In this document: piece after piece, positions 28,701 to 45,959 of the stretch
Layout: each line of letters opens with the position of its first letter
How positions within the stretch are numbered: the first letter of the stretch is position 1
Origin: the human T2T-CHM13v2.0 reference genome, Homo sapiens
Assembly (NCBI RefSeq): GCF_009914755.1
Contig: NC_060927.1
Direction: 5' to 3' (one strand)
DNA: 64,000 nucleotides
Program-made: the position numbers and the translations under genes
Notes under the pieces: generated by a model
What the model saw: only the letters and a program-made list of their open reading frames with translations
Told to the model about the DNA's origin: nothing
Databases searched by the model: none

Positions 28701-31700
28701 TGAAAGTACATCAAATATATATTTTATTCTGTACATAAAATATCAAAGTACACCAGATATATATTCTATAGTGTACATAAAATATCAAAGTACCCAAACT
28801 ATACATTATATACTGTACATAAAATATGAAATTACAGCAAATATATATTATATTAGGTACATAAAATATGAAAGTACATCAAATATAGATTATATACTGT
28901 ACATTAAATACCAAAGTACCCCAAATATATATTTTATACTGTACATGAAATATCAAAGTTCACAAATTATATATTATATACTGTACATAAAATATCAATG
29001 TACCCAAGGTATATATTCTATACTGCACAAAAAATATCAAAGTACCCAAAGCATGTATTATATACTGTATATAAAATATGAAAGTACATCAAATATATAT
29101 TTTATTCTGTACATAAAATATCAAAGTACACCAGATATATATTCTATAGTGTACATAAAATATCAAAGTACCCAAACTATACATTATATACTGTACATAA
29201 AATATGAAATTACATCAAATATATATTATATTAGGTACATAAAATACGAAAGTACATCAAATATAGATTATATACTGTACATAAAATATGAAAGTACCCC
29301 TATATATATTATATACTCTACATGAAATATCAAAGTTTACAAACTATATATTATGTACTGTACATAAAATATCAAAGTACCCAAGGTATATATTCTATAC
29401 TGTACAAAAAATATCAAAGTACCCAAAGCATGTATTATATAATGTACATAAAATATGAAAGTACATCAAATATATATTTTATTCTGTACATAAAATATCA
29501 AAGAACACCAGATATATATTCTATAGTGTACATAAAATATCAAAGTACCCAAACTATACATTATATACTGTACATAAAATATGAAATTACATCAAATATA
29601 TATTATATTAGGTACATAAAATATGAAAGTACATCAAATATAGATTATATACTGTAAATATAATATCAATGTACCCCAAATATATATTTTATACTCTACA
29701 TGAAATATCAAAGTTCACAAACCATATATTATATACTGTACATAAAATATCAAAGTACCCAAGGTATATATTCTATACTGTACAAAAAATATCAAAGTAC
29801 CCAAAGCATGTATTATATACTATACCTAAAATATGAAAGTACATCAAATATATATTTTATTCTGTACATAAAATATCAAAGTACACCAGATATATATTGT
29901 ACAGTGTACATAAAATATCAAAGTACCCAAACTATACATTATATACTGTACATAAAATATGAAATTACATCAAATATATATTATATTAGGTACATAAAAT
30001 ACGAAAGTACATCAAATATAGATTATATACTGTACATAAAATATCAAAGTACCCCAATATATATTATATACTGTACATGAAATATCAAAGTTCACAAACT
30101 ATATATTATGTACTGTACATAAAATATCAAAGTACCCAAGGTATATATTCTATACTGTACAAAAAATATCAAAGTACCCAAAGCATGTATTATATAATGT
30201 ACATAAAATATGAAAGTACATCAAATATATATTTTATTCTGTACATAAAATATGAAAGTACACCAGATATATATTCTATAGCGTACATAAAATATCAAAG
30301 TACACAAACTATACATTATATACTGTACATAAAATATGAAATTACATCAAATATATATTATATTAGGTAAATGAAATATGAAAGTACATCAAATATAGAT
30401 TATATACTGTACATAAAATATGAAAGTACCCCAAATATATATTATATACTCTACATGAAATATCAAAGTTCACAAACTATATATTATATACTGTACATAA
30501 AATATCAAAGTACCCAAGGTATATATTCTATACTGTACAAAAAATATCAAAGTATCCAAAGCATGTATTATATACTGTATATAAAATATGAAAGTACATC
30601 AAATATATATTTTATTCTGTACATAAAATATCAAAGTACACCAGATATATATTCTATAGCGTACATAAAATATCAAAGTACACAAACTATACATTATATA
30701 CTGTACATAAAATATGAAATTACATCAAATATATATTATATTAGGTACATAAAATATGAAAGTACATCAAATATAGATTATATACTGTAAATATAATATC
30801 AATGTACCCCAAATATATATTTTATACTCTACATGAAATATCAAAGTTCACAAACCATATATTATATACTGTACATAAAATATCAAAGTACCCAAGGTAT
30901 ATATTCTATACTGTACAAAAAATATCAAAGTACCCAAAGCATGTATTATATACTGTACATAAAATATGAAAGTACATCAAATATATATTTTATTCTGTAC
31001 ATAAAATATCAAAGTACACCAGATATATATTCTATAGTGTACATAAAATATCAAAGTACCCAAACTATACATTATATACTGTACATAAAATATGAAATTA
31101 CATCAAATATATATTATATTAGGTAAATGAAATATGAAAGTACATCAAATATAGATTATATACTGTACATAAAATATGAAAGTACCCCAAATATATATTA
31201 TATACTCTACATGAAATATCAAAGTTCACAAACTATATATTATATACTGTACATAAAATATCAAAGTACCCAAGGTATATATTCTATACTGTACAAAAAA
31301 TATCAAAGTATCCAAAGCATGTATTATATACTGTATATAAAATATGAAAGTACATCAAATATATATTTTATTCTGTACATAAAATATCAAAGAACACCAG
31401 ATATATATTCTATAGTGTACATAAAATATCAAAGTACCCAAACTATACATTATATACTGTACATAAAATATGAAATTACAGCAAATATATATTATATTAG
31501 GTACATAAAATATGAAAGTACATCAAATATAGATTATATACTGTACATTAAATACCAAAGTACCCCAAATATATATTTTATACTGTACATGAAATATCAA
31601 AGTTCACAAACTATATATTATATACTGTACATAAAGTATCAATGTACCCAAGGTATATATTCTATACTGCACAAAAAATATCAAAGTACCCAAAGCATGT

Positions 31701-32501
31701 ATTATATACTGTATATAAAATATGAAAGTACATCAAATATATATTTTATTCTGTACATAAAATATCAAAGTACACCAGATATATATTCTATAGTGTACAT
31801 AAAATATCAAAGTACCCAAACTATACATTATATACTGTACATAAAATATGAAATTACATCAAATATATATTATATTAGGTACATAAAATACGAAAGTACA
31901 TCAAATATAGATTATATACTGTACATAAAATATGAAAGTACCCCAATATATATTATATACTCTACATGAAATATCAAAGTTCACAAACTATATATTATGT
32001 ACTGTACATAAAATATCAAAGTACCCAAGGTATATATTCTATACTGTACAAAAAATATCAAAGTACCCAAAGCATGTATTATATAATGTACATAAAATAT
32101 GAAAGTACATCAAATATATATTTTATTCTGTACATAAAATATCAAAGAACACCAGATATATATTCTATAGTGTACATAAAATATCAAAGTACCCAAACTA
32201 TACATTATATACTATACATAAAATATGAAATTACATCATATATATATTAGGTACATAAAATATGAAAGTACATCAAATATATATTTTATTCTGTACATAA
32301 AATATCAAAGTACACCAGATATATATTCTATAGTGTACATAAAATAACAAAGTACACAAACTATAAAATATATACTGTACATAAAATATGAAATTACATC
32401 AAATATATATTAGGTACATAAAATATGAAAGTACATCAAATATAGATTATATACTGTACATATAATATCAATGTACCCGAAATATATATTTTATACTCTA
32501 C
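25732..32501 (+). repeat. Third-level repeat, copy C (6,770 bp)
   Basis: Same order of variant units as copy A at a constant offset of 13541 (28483 vs 14942; 30371 vs 16830; 31966 vs 18425). Confidence 0.9.
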
Positions 32502-35500
32502 ATGAAATATCAAAGTTCACAAACCATATATTGTATACTGCACATAAAATATCAAAATACACAAGGTATATATTCTATACTGTACAAAAAATATCAAAGT
32601 ACCCAAAGCAGGTATTATATACTGTATATAAAATATGAAAGTACATCAAATATATATTTTATTCTGTACATAAAATATCAAAGTACACCAGATATATATT
32701 CTATAGTGTACATAAAATATCAAGGTACCCAAACTATATATTATATACTGTACATAAAATATGAAATTACAGCAAATATATATTATATTAGGTACATAAA
32801 ATATGAAAGTACATCAAATATAGATTATATACTGTACATTAAATACCAAAGTACCCCAAATATATATTTTATACTGTACATGAAATATCAAAGTTCACAA
32901 ACTATATATTATATACTGTACATAAAATATCAATGTACCCAAGGTATATATTCTATACTGCACAAAAAATATCAAAGTACCCAAAGCATGTATTATATAC
33001 TGTATATAAAATATGAAAGTACATCAAATATATATTTTATTCTGTACATAAAATATCAAAATACACCAGATATATATTCTATAGTGTACATAAAATATCA
33101 AAGTACCCAAACTATACATTATATACTGTACATAAATATGAAATTACATCAAATATATATTATATTAGGTACATAAAATATGAAAGTACATGAAGTATAG
33201 ATTATATACTGTAGATAAAATATCAAAGTACCCCAAATTTATATTATATACTATACATGAAATATCAAAGTTCACAAACTATATATTATATACTGTACAT
33301 AAAATATCAAAGTACCCAAGGTATATATTCTATAGTGTACAAAAAATATCAAAGTACCCAAAGCATGTATTATATACCGTACATAAAATATAAAATTACA
33401 TCAAATATATATTTTATTCTGTACATAAAATATCAAAGTACACCAGATATATATACTATAGTGTACATAAAATATCAAAGTACCCAAACTATACATTATA
33501 CACTGTACATAAAATATGAAATTACATCAAATATATATTAGGTACATAAAATATGAAAGTACATCAAATATAGATTATATACTGTAAATATAATATCAAT
33601 GTACCCCAAATATATATTTTATACTCTACATGAAATATCAAAGTTCACAAACCATATATTATATACTGTACATAAAATATCAAAGTACCCAAGGTATATA
33701 TTCTATACTGTGCAAAAAATATCAAAGTACCCAAAGCATGTATTATATACTGTATATAAAATATGAAAGTACATCAAATATATATTTTATTCTGTACATA
33801 AAATGTCAAAGTACACCAGATATATATTCTATAGTGTACATAAAATATCAAAGTACCCAAACTATACATTATATACTGTACATAAAATATGAAATTACAT
33901 CAAATATATATTAAGTACATAAAATATGAAAGTACATCAAATATAGATTATATAGTGTACATAAAATATCAATGTACACCAAATATATATTATATACTCT
34001 ACATGAAATATCAAAGTTCACAAACTATATATTATATACTGTCCATAAAATATCAAAGTACCCAAGGTATATATTTTATACTGTACAAAAAATATCAAAG
34101 TACCCAAAGCATGTATTATATACTATACCTAAAATATGAAAGTACATCAAATATATATTTTATTCTGTACATAAAATATCAAAGTACACCAGATATATAT
34201 TCTACAGTGTATATAAAATATCAAAGTACCCAAACTATACATTATATACTGTACATAAAATATGAAATTACATCAAATATATATTATATTAGGTACATAA
34301 AATATGAAAGTACATGAAGTATAGATTATATACTGTACATAAAATATCAAAGTACCCCAAATTTATATTATATACTATACATGAAATATCAAAGTTCACA
34401 AACTATATATTATATACTGTACATAAAATATCAAAGTACCCAAGGTATATATTCTATAGTGTACAAAAAATATCAAAGTACCCAAAGCATGTATTATATA
34501 CCGTACGTAAAATATAAAATTACATCAAATATATATTTTATTCTGTACATAAAATATCAAAGTACACCAGATATATATACTATAGTGTACATAAAATATC
34601 AAAGTACCCAAACTATACATTATACACTGCACATAAAATATGAAATTACATCAAATATATATTAGGTACATAAAATATGAAAGTACATCAAATATAGATT
34701 ATATACTGTAAATATAATATCAATGTACCCCAAATATATATTTTATACTCTACATGAAATATCAAAGTTCACAAACCATATATTATATACTGTACATAAA
34801 ATATCAAAGTACCCAAGGTATATATTCTATACTGTACAAAAAATATCAAAGTACCCAAAGCATGTATTATATACTATACCTAAAATATGAAAGTACATCA
34901 AATATATATTTTATTCTGTACATAAAATATCAAAGTACACCAGATATATATTCTATAGTGTACATAAAATAACAAAGTACACAAACTATAAATTATATCC
35001 TGTACATAAAATATGAAATTACATCAAATATATATTAGGTACATAAAATATGAAAGTACATCAAATATAGATTATATACTGTACATTAAGTACCAAAGTA
35101 CACCAAATATATATTTTATTCTGTACATAAAATATCAAAGTACACCAGATATATATTCTATAGTGTACATAAAATATCAAAGTACCCAAACTATACATTA
35201 TATACTGTACATAAAATATGAAATTACAGCAAATATATATTATATTAGGTAAATGAAATATGAAAGTACATCAAATATAGATTATATACTGTACATAAAA
35301 TATGAAAGTACCCCAAATATATATTATATACTCTACATGAAATATCAAAGTTCACAAACTATATATTATATACTGTACATAAAATATCAAAGTACCCAAG
35401 GTATATATTCTATACTGTACAAAAAATATCAAAGTATCCAAAGCATGTATTATATACTGTATATAAAATATGAAAGTACATCAAATATATATTTTATTCT

Positions 35501-36627
35501 GTACATAAAATATCAAAGTACACCAGATATATATTCTATAGTGTACATAAAATATCAAAGTACCCAAACTATACATTATATACTGTACATAAAATATGAA
35601 ATTACAGCAAATATATATTATATTAGGTACATAAAATATGAAAGTACATCAAATATAGATTATATACTCTACATTAAATACCAAAGTACCCCAAATATAT
35701 ATTTTATACTGTACATGAAATATCAAAGTTCACAAACTATATATTATATACTGTACATAAAATATCAATGTACCCAAGGTATATATTCTATACTGCACAA
35801 AAAATATCAAAGTACCCAAAGCATGTATTATATACTGTATATAAAATATGAAAGTACATCAAATATATATTTTATTCTGTACATAAAATATCAAAGTACA
35901 CCAGATATATATTCTATAGTGTACATAAAATATCAAAGTACCCAAACTATACATTATATACTGTACATAAAATATGAAATTACAGCAAATATATATTATA
36001 TTAGGTACATTAAATACGAAAGTACATCAAATATAGATTATATACTGTACATAAAATATGAAAGTACCCCAATATATATTATATACTCTACATGAAATAT
36101 CAAAGTTCACAAACTATATATTATGTACTGTACATAAAATATCAAACTACCCAAGGTATATATTCTATACTGTACAAAAAATATCAAAGTACCCAAAGCA
36201 TGTATTATATAATGTACATAAAATATGAAAGTACATCAAATATATATTTTATTCTGTACATAAAATATGAAAGAACACCAGATATATATTCTATAGTGTA
36301 CATAAAATATCAAAGTACCCAAACTATACATTATATACTGTACATAAAATATGAAATTACATCATATATATATTAGGTACATAAAATATGAAAGTACATC
36401 AAATATATATTTTATTCTGTACATAAAATATCAAAGTACACCAGATATATATTCTATAGTGTACATAAAATAACAAAGTACACAAACTATAAATTATATA
36501 CTGTACATAAAATATGAAATTACATCAAATATATATTAGGTACATAAAATATGAAAGTACATCAAATATAGATTATATACTGTACATATAATATCAATGT
36601 ACCCGAAATATATATTTTATACTCTAC
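32502..36627 (+). repeat. Third-level repeat, copy D (shortened, 4,126 bp)
   Basis: Colinear with copy C at +6770 up to about 36090 (35253 vs 28483), then goes straight to the 536-bp terminal unit. It is 2,644 bp shorter than a full copy. Confidence 0.85.
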
Positions 36628-39600
36628 ATGAAATATCAAAGTTCACAAACCATATATTGTATACTGCACATAAAATATCAAAATACCCAAGGTATATATT
36701 CTATACTGTACAAAAAATATCAAAGTACCCAAAGCAGGTATTATATACTGTACATAAAATATGAAAGTACATCAAATATATATTTTATTCTGTACATAAA
36801 ATATCAAAGTACACCAGATATATATTCTATAGCGTACATAAAATATCAAAGTACCCAAACTATACATTATATACTGTACATAAAATATGAAATTACATCA
36901 AATATATATTATATTAGGTACATAAAATATGAAAGTACATCAAATATAGATTATATACTGTAAATATAATATCAATGTACCCCAAATATATATTTTATAC
37001 TCTACATGAAATATCAAAGTTCACAAACCATATATTATATACTGTACATAAAATATCAAAGTACCCAAGGTATATATTCTATACTGTACAAAAAATATCA
37101 AAGTACCCAAAGCATGTATTATATACTGTACATAAAATATGAAAGTACATCAAATATATATTTTATTCTGTACATAAAATATCAAAGTACACCAGATATA
37201 TATTCTATAGTGTACATAAAATATCAAAGTACCCAAACTATACATTATATACTGTACATAAAATATGAAATTACATCAAATATATATTATATTAGGTAAA
37301 TGAAATATGAAAGTACATCAAATATATATTATATACTGTACATAAAATATGAAAGTACCCCAAATATATATTATATACTCTACATGAAATATCAAAGTTC
37401 ACAAACTATATATTATATACTGTCCATAAAATATCAAAGTACCCAAGGTATATATTTTATACTGTACAAAAAATATCAAAGTACCCAAAGCATGTATTAT
37501 ATACTATACCTAAAATATGAAAGTACATCAAATATATATTTTATTCTGTACATAAAATATCAAAGTACACCAGATATATATTCTACAGTGTATATAAAAT
37601 ATCAAAGTACCCAAACTATACATTATATACTGTACATAAAATATGAAATTACATCAAATATATATTATATTAGGTACATAAAATATGAAAGTACATGAAG
37701 TATAGATTATATACTGTACATAAAATATCAAAGTACCCCAAATTTATATTATATACTATACATGAAATATCAAAGTTCACAAACTATATATTATATACTG
37801 TACATAAAATATCAAAGTACCCAAGGTATATATTCTATAGTGTACAAAAAATATCAAAGTACCCAAAGCATGTATTATATACCGTACGTAAAATATAAAA
37901 TTACATCAAATATATATTTTATTCTGTACATAAAATATCAAAGTACACCAGATATATATACTATAGTGTACATAAAATATCAAAGTACCCAAACTATACA
38001 TTATACACTGCACATAAAATATGAAATTACATCAAATATATATTAGGTACATAAAATATGAAAGTACATCAAATATAGATTATATACTGTAAATATAATA
38101 TCAATGTACCCCAAAATATATATTTTATACTCTACATGAAATATCAAAGTTCACAAACTATATATTATATACTGTACATAAAATATCAATGTACCCAAGG
38201 TATATATTCTATACTGCACAAAAAATATCAAAGTACCCAAAGCATGTATTATATACTGTATATAAAATATGAAAGTACATCAAATATATATTTTATTCGG
38301 TACATAAAATATCAAAGTACACCAGATATATATTGTATAGTGTACATAAAATATCAAAGTACCCAAACTATATATTATATACTGTACATAAAATATGAAT
38401 TTACATCAAATATGTATTATATTAGGTACATAAAATATGAAAGTACATCAAATATAGATTATATACCGTACATAAAATATCAAAGTACCCCAAATATATA
38501 TTATATACTATACATGAAATATCAAATATCACAAACTATATATTATATACTGTACATAAAATATCAAAGTACCCAATGTATATATTCTATAGTGTACAAA
38601 AAATATCAAAGTACCCAAAGCATGTATTATATACTGTACATAAAATATAAAAGTACATCAAATATATATTTTATTCTGTACATAAAATATGAAAGTACAC
38701 CAGATATATATTCTATAGTGTACATAAAATATCAAAGTACCCAAACTATACATTATATACTGTACATAAAATATGAAATTACATCAAATATATATTATAT
38801 TAGGTACTTAAAATATGAAAGTACATCAAATATAGATTATATACTGTACATAAAATATCAAAGTACCCCAAATATATATTATATACTGTACATGAAATAT
38901 CAAAGTTCACAACTATATATTATATACTGTACATAAAATATCAAAGTCCCCAAGGTATATATTCTATACTGTACAAAAAATATCAAAGTACACAAAGCAT
39001 GTATTATATACTGTACATAAAATATGAAATTACATCAAATATATATTATATTAGGTACATAAAATATGAAAGTACATCAAATATAGATTATATACTATAC
39101 ATAAAATATCAAAGTACCCCAAATATATATTATATACTGTACATGTAATATCAAAGTTCACAACTATATATTACATACTGTACATAAAATATCAAAGTAC
39201 CCAAGGTATATATTCTATACTGTACAAAAAATATCAAAGTACCCAAAGCATGTATTATATACTGTACATAAAATATGAAAGTACATCAAATATATATTTT
39301 ATTCTGTACATAAAATATCAAAGTACACCAGATATATATTCTATAGTGTATATAAAATATCAAAGTACCCAAACTATACATTATATACTGTACATAAAAT
39401 ATGAAATTACATCAAATATATATTATATTAGGTACATAAAATATGAAAGTACATGAAGTATAGATTATATACTGTACATAAAATATCAAAGTACCCCAAA
39501 TTTATATTATATACTATACATGAAATATCAAAGTTCACAAACTATATATTATATACTGTACATAAAATATCAAAGTACCCAAGGTATATATTCTATAGTG

Positions 39601-42600
39601 TACAAAAAATATCAAAGTACCCAAAGCATGTATTATATACCGTACATAAAATATAAAATTACATCAAATATATATTTTATTCTGTACATAAAATATCAAA
39701 GTACACCAGATATACATACTATAGTGTACATAAAATATCAAAGTACCCAAACTATACATTATACACTGTACATAAAATATGAAATTACATCAAATATATA
39801 TTAGGTACATAAAATATGAAAGTACATCAAATATAGATTATATACTGTAAATATAATATCAATGTACCCCAAATATATATTTTATACTCTACATGAAATA
39901 TCAAAGTTCACAAACCATATATTATATACTGTACATAAAATATCAAAGTACCCAAGGTATATATTCTATACTGAACAAAAAATATCAAAGTACCCAAAGC
40001 ATGTATTATATACTGTACATAAAATATGGAAGTACATCAAATATATATTTTATTCTGTACATAAAATATCAAAGTACACCAGATATATATTCTATAGTGT
40101 ACATAAAATATCAAAGTACCCAAACTATACATTATATACTGTACATAAAATATGAAATTACATCAAATATATATTATATTAGGTACATGAAATATGAAAG
40201 TACATCAAATATAGATTATATACTGTACATAAAATATGAAAGTACCCCAAATATATATTATATACTCTACATGAAATATCAAAGTTCACAAACTATATAT
40301 TATATACTGTACATAAAATATCAAAGTACCCAAGGTATATATTCTATACTGTACAAAAAATATCAAAGTATCCAAAGCATGTATTATATACTGTATATAA
40401 AATATGAAAGTACATCAAATATATATTTTATTCTGTACATAAAATATCAAAGTACACCAGATATATATTCTATAGTGTACATAAAATATCAAAGTACCCA
40501 AACTATACATTATATACTGTACATAAAATATGAAATTACAGCAAATATATATTATATTAGGTACATAAAATATGAAAGTACATCAAATATAGATTATATA
40601 CTCTACATTAAATACCAAAGTACCCCAAATATATATTTTATACTGTACATGAAATATCAAAGTTCACAAACTATATATTATATACTGTACATAAAATATC
40701 AATGTACCCAAGGTATATATTCTATACTGCACAAAAAATATCAAAGTACCCAAAGCATGTATTATATACTGTATATAAAATATGAAAGTACATCAAATAT
40801 ATATTTTATTCTGTACATAAAATATCAAAGTACACCAGATATATATTCTATAGTGTACATAAAATATCAAAGTACCCAAACTATACATTATATACTGTAC
40901 ATAAAATATGAAATTACAGCAAATATATATTATATTAGGTACATTAAATACGAAAGTACATCAAATATAGATTATATACTGTACATAAAATATGAAAGTA
41001 CCCCAATATATATTATATACTCTACATGAAATATCAAAGTTCACAAACTATATATTATGTACTGTACATAAAATATCAAACTACCCAAGGTATATATTCT
41101 ATACTGTACAAAAAATATCAAAGTACCCAAAGCATGTATTATATAATGTACATAAAATATGAAAGTACATCAAATATATATTTTATTCTGTACATAAAAT
41201 ATCAAAGAACACCAGATATATATTCTATAGTGTACATAAAATATCAAAGTACCCAAACTATACATTATATACTGTACATAAAATATGAAATTACATCATA
41301 TATATATTAGGTACATAAAATATGAAAGTACATCAAATATATATTTTATTCTGTACATAAAATATCAAAGTACACCAGATATATATTCTATAGTGTACAT
41401 AAAATAACAAAGTACACAAACTATAAATTATATACTGTACATAAAATATGAAATTACATCAAATATATATTAGGTACATAAAATATGAAAGTACATCAAA
41501 TATAGATTATATACTGTACATATAATATCAATGTACCCGAAATATATATTTTATACTCTACATGAAATATCAAAGTTCACAAACCATATATTGTATACTG
41601 CACATAAAATATCAAAATACCCAAGGTATATATTCTATACTGTACAAAAAATATCAAAGTACCCAAAGCAGGTATTATATACTGTACATAAAATATGAAA
41701 GTACATCAAATATATATTTTATTCTGTACATAAAATATCAAAGTACACCAGATATATATTCTATAGCGTACATAAAATATCAAAGTACCCAAACTATACA
41801 TTATATACTGTACATAAAATATGAAATTACATCAAATATATATTATATTAGGTACATAAAATATGAAAGTACATCAAATATAGATTATATACTGTAAATA
41901 TAATATCAATGTACCCCAAATATATATTTTATACTCTACATGAAATATCAAAGTTCACAAACCATATATTATATACTGTACATAAAATATCAAAGTACCC
42001 AAGGTATATATTCTATACTGTACAAAAAATATCAAAGTACCCAAAGCATGTATTATATACTGTACATAAAATATGAAAGTACATCAAATATATATTTTAT
42101 TCTGTACATAAAATATCAAAGTACACCAGATATATATTCTATAGTGTACATAAAATATCAAAGTACCCAAACTATACATTATATACTGTACATAAAATAT
42201 GAAATTACATCAAATATATATTATATTAGGTAAATGAAATATGAAAGTACATCAAATATATATTATATACTGTACATAAAATATGAAAGTACCCCAAATA
42301 TATATTATATACTCTACATGAAATATCAAAGTTCACAAACTATATATTATATACTGTCCATAAAATATCAAAGTACCCAAGGTATATATTTTATACTGTA
42401 CAAAAAATATCAAAGTACCCAAAGCATGTATTATATACTATACCTAAAATATGAAAGTACATCAAATATATATTTTATTCTGTACATAAAATATCAAAGT
42501 ACACCAGATATATATTCTACAGTGTATATAAAATATCAAAGTACCCAAACTATACATTATATACTGTACATAAAATATGAAATTACATCAAATATATATT

Positions 42601-45600
42601 ATATTAGGTACATAAAATATGAAAGTACATGAAGTATAGATTATATACTGTACATAAAATATCAAAGTACCCCAAATTTATATTATATACTATACATGAA
42701 ATATCAAAGTTCACAAACTATATATTATATACTGTACATAAAATATCAAAGTACCCAAGGTATATATTCTATAGTGTACAAAAAATATCAAAGTACCCAA
42801 AGCATGTATTATATACCGTACGTAAAATATAAAATTACATCAAATATATATTTTATTCTGTACATAAAATATCAAAGTACACCAGATATATATACTATAG
42901 TGTACATAAAATATCAAAGTACCCAAACTATACATTATACACTGCACATAAAATATGAAATTACATCAAATATATATTAGGTACATAAAATATGAAAGTA
43001 CATCAAATATAGATTATATACTGTAAATATAATATCAATGTACCCCAAATATATATTTTATACTCTACATGAAATATCAAAGTTCACAAACCATATATTA
43101 TATACTGTACATAAAATATCAAAGTACCCAAGGTATATATTCTATACTGTACAAAAAATATCAAAGTACCCAAAGCATGTATTATATACTGTACATAAAA
43201 TATGAAAGTACATCAAATATATATTTTATTCTGTACATAAAATATCAAAGTACACCAGATATATATTCTATAGTGTACATAAAATATCAAAGTACCCAAA
43301 CTATACATTATATACTGTACATAAAATATGAAATTACATCAAATATATATTATATTAGGTACATGAAATTTGAAAGTACATCAAATATAGATTATATACT
43401 GTACATAAAATATGAAAGTACCCCAAATATATATTATATACTCTACATGAAATATCAAAGTTCACAAACTATATATTATATACTGTACATAAAATATCAA
43501 AGTACCCAAGGTATATATTCTATACTGTACAAAAAATATCAAAGTATCCAAAGCATGTATTATATACTGTATATAAAATATGAAAGTACATCAAATATAT
43601 ATTTTATTCTGTACATAAAATATCAAAGTACACCAGATATATATTCTATAGTGTACATAAAATATCAAAGTACCCAAACTATACATTATATACTGTACAT
43701 AAAATATGAAATTACAGCAGATATATATTATATTAGGTACATAAAATATGAAAGTACATCAAATATAGATTATATACTGTACATTAAATACCAAAGTACC
43801 CCAAATATATATTTTATACTGTACATGAAATATCAAAGTTCACAAACTATATATTATATACTGTACATAAAATATCAATGTACCCAAGGTATATATTCTA
43901 TACTGCACAAAAAATATCAAAGTACCCAAAGCATGTATTATATACTGTATATAAAATATGAAAGTACATCAAATATATATTTTATTCTGTACATAAAATA
44001 TCAAAGTACACCAGATATATATTGTATAGTGTACATAAAATATCAAAGTACCCAAACTATATATTATATACTGTACATAAAATATGAATTTACATCAAAT
44101 ATGTATTATATTAGGTACATAAAATATGAAAGTACATCAAATATAGATTATATACCGTACATAAAATATCAAAGTACCCCAAATATATATTATATACTAT
44201 ACATGAAATATCAAATATCACAAACTATATATTATATACTGTACATAAAATATCAAAGTACCCAATGTATATATTCTATAGTGTACAAAAAATATCAAAG
44301 TACCCAAAGCATGTATTATATACTGTACATAAAATATAAAAGTACATCAAATATATATTTTATTCTGTACATAAAATATGAAAGTACACCAGATATATAT
44401 TCTATAGTGTACATAAAATATCAAAGTACCCAAACTATACATTATATACTGTACATAAAATATGAAATTACATCAAATATATATTATATTAGGTACTTAA
44501 AATATGAAAGTACATCAAATATAGATTATATACTGTACATAAAATATCAAAGTACCCCAAATATATATTATATACTGTACATGAAATATCAAAGTTCACA
44601 ACTATATATTATATACTGTACATAAAATATCAAAGTCCCCAAGGTATATATTCTATACTGTACAAAAAATATCAAAGTACACAAAGCATGTATTATATAC
44701 TGTACATAAAATATGAAATTACATCAAATATATATTATATTAGGTACATAAAATATGAAAGTACATCAAATATAGATTATATACTATACATAAAATATCA
44801 AAGTACCCCAAATATATATTATATACTGTACATGTAATATCAAAGTTCACAACTATATATTACATACTGTACATAAAATATCAAAGTACCCAAGGTATAT
44901 ATTCTATACTGTACAAAAAATATCAAAGTACCCAAAGCATGTATTATATACTGTACATAAAATATGAAAGTACATCAAATATATATTTTATTCTGTACAT
45001 AAAATATCAAAGTACACCAGATATATATTCTATAGTGTATATAAAATATCAAAGTACCCAAACTATACATTATATACTGTACATAAAATATGAAATTACA
45101 TCAAATATATATTATATTAGGTACATAAAATATGAAAGTACATGAAGTATAGATTATATACTGTACATAAAATATCAAAGTACCCCAAATTTATATTATA
45201 TACTATACATGAAATATCAAAGTTCACAAACTATATATTATATACTGTACATAAAATATCAAAGTACCCAAGGTATATATTCTATAGTGTACAAAAAATA
45301 TCAAAGTACCCAAAGCATGTATTATATACCGTACATAAAATATAAAATTACATCAAATATATATTTTATTCTGTACATAAAATATCAAAGTACACCAGAT
45401 ATACATACTATAGTGTACATAAAATATCAAAGTACCCAAACTATACATTATACACTGTACATAAAATATGAAATTACATCAAATATATATTAGGTACATA
45501 AAATATGAAAGTACATCAAATATAGATTATATACTGTAAATATAATATCAATGTACCCCAAATATATATTTTATACTCTACATGAAATATCAAAGTTCAC

Positions 45601-45959
45601 AAACCATATATTATATACTGTACATAAAATATCAAAGTACCCAAGGTATATATTCTATACTGAACAAAAAATATCAAAGTACCCAAAGCATGTATTATAT
45701 ACTGTACATAAAATATGGAAGTACATCAAATATATATTTTATTCTGTACATAAAATATCAAAGTACACCAGATATATATTCTATAGTGTACATAAAATAT
45801 CAAAGTACCCAAACTATACATTATATACTGTACATAAAATATGAAATTACATCAAATATATATTATATTAGGTACATGAAATATGAAAGTACATCAAATA
45901 TAGATTATATACTGTACATAAAATATGAAAGTACCCCAAATATATATTATATACTCTAC
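35337..45959 (+). repeat. Local tandem duplication: 4,934-bp copy (35337-40270) and 5,689-bp copy (40271-45959)
   Basis: ORF offsets are 4934 (36092/41026, 37300/42234) and then 5689 (39250/44939, 39893/45582). The copies share the rare variants GAATTTAC, TATACATACT, CTGAACAAA and TATGGAAG. Confidence 0.85.
38892..39142 (+). repeat. 6-monomer variant unit (251 bp; m1-3 then m7-9)
   Basis: m3 (CACAAAGCATG) is followed directly by m7 (GAAATTAC). It carries AAGTCCCCAAGG and a 1-bp deletion in m1. Also at 44581-44831 and 48969-49219. Confidence 0.88.
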
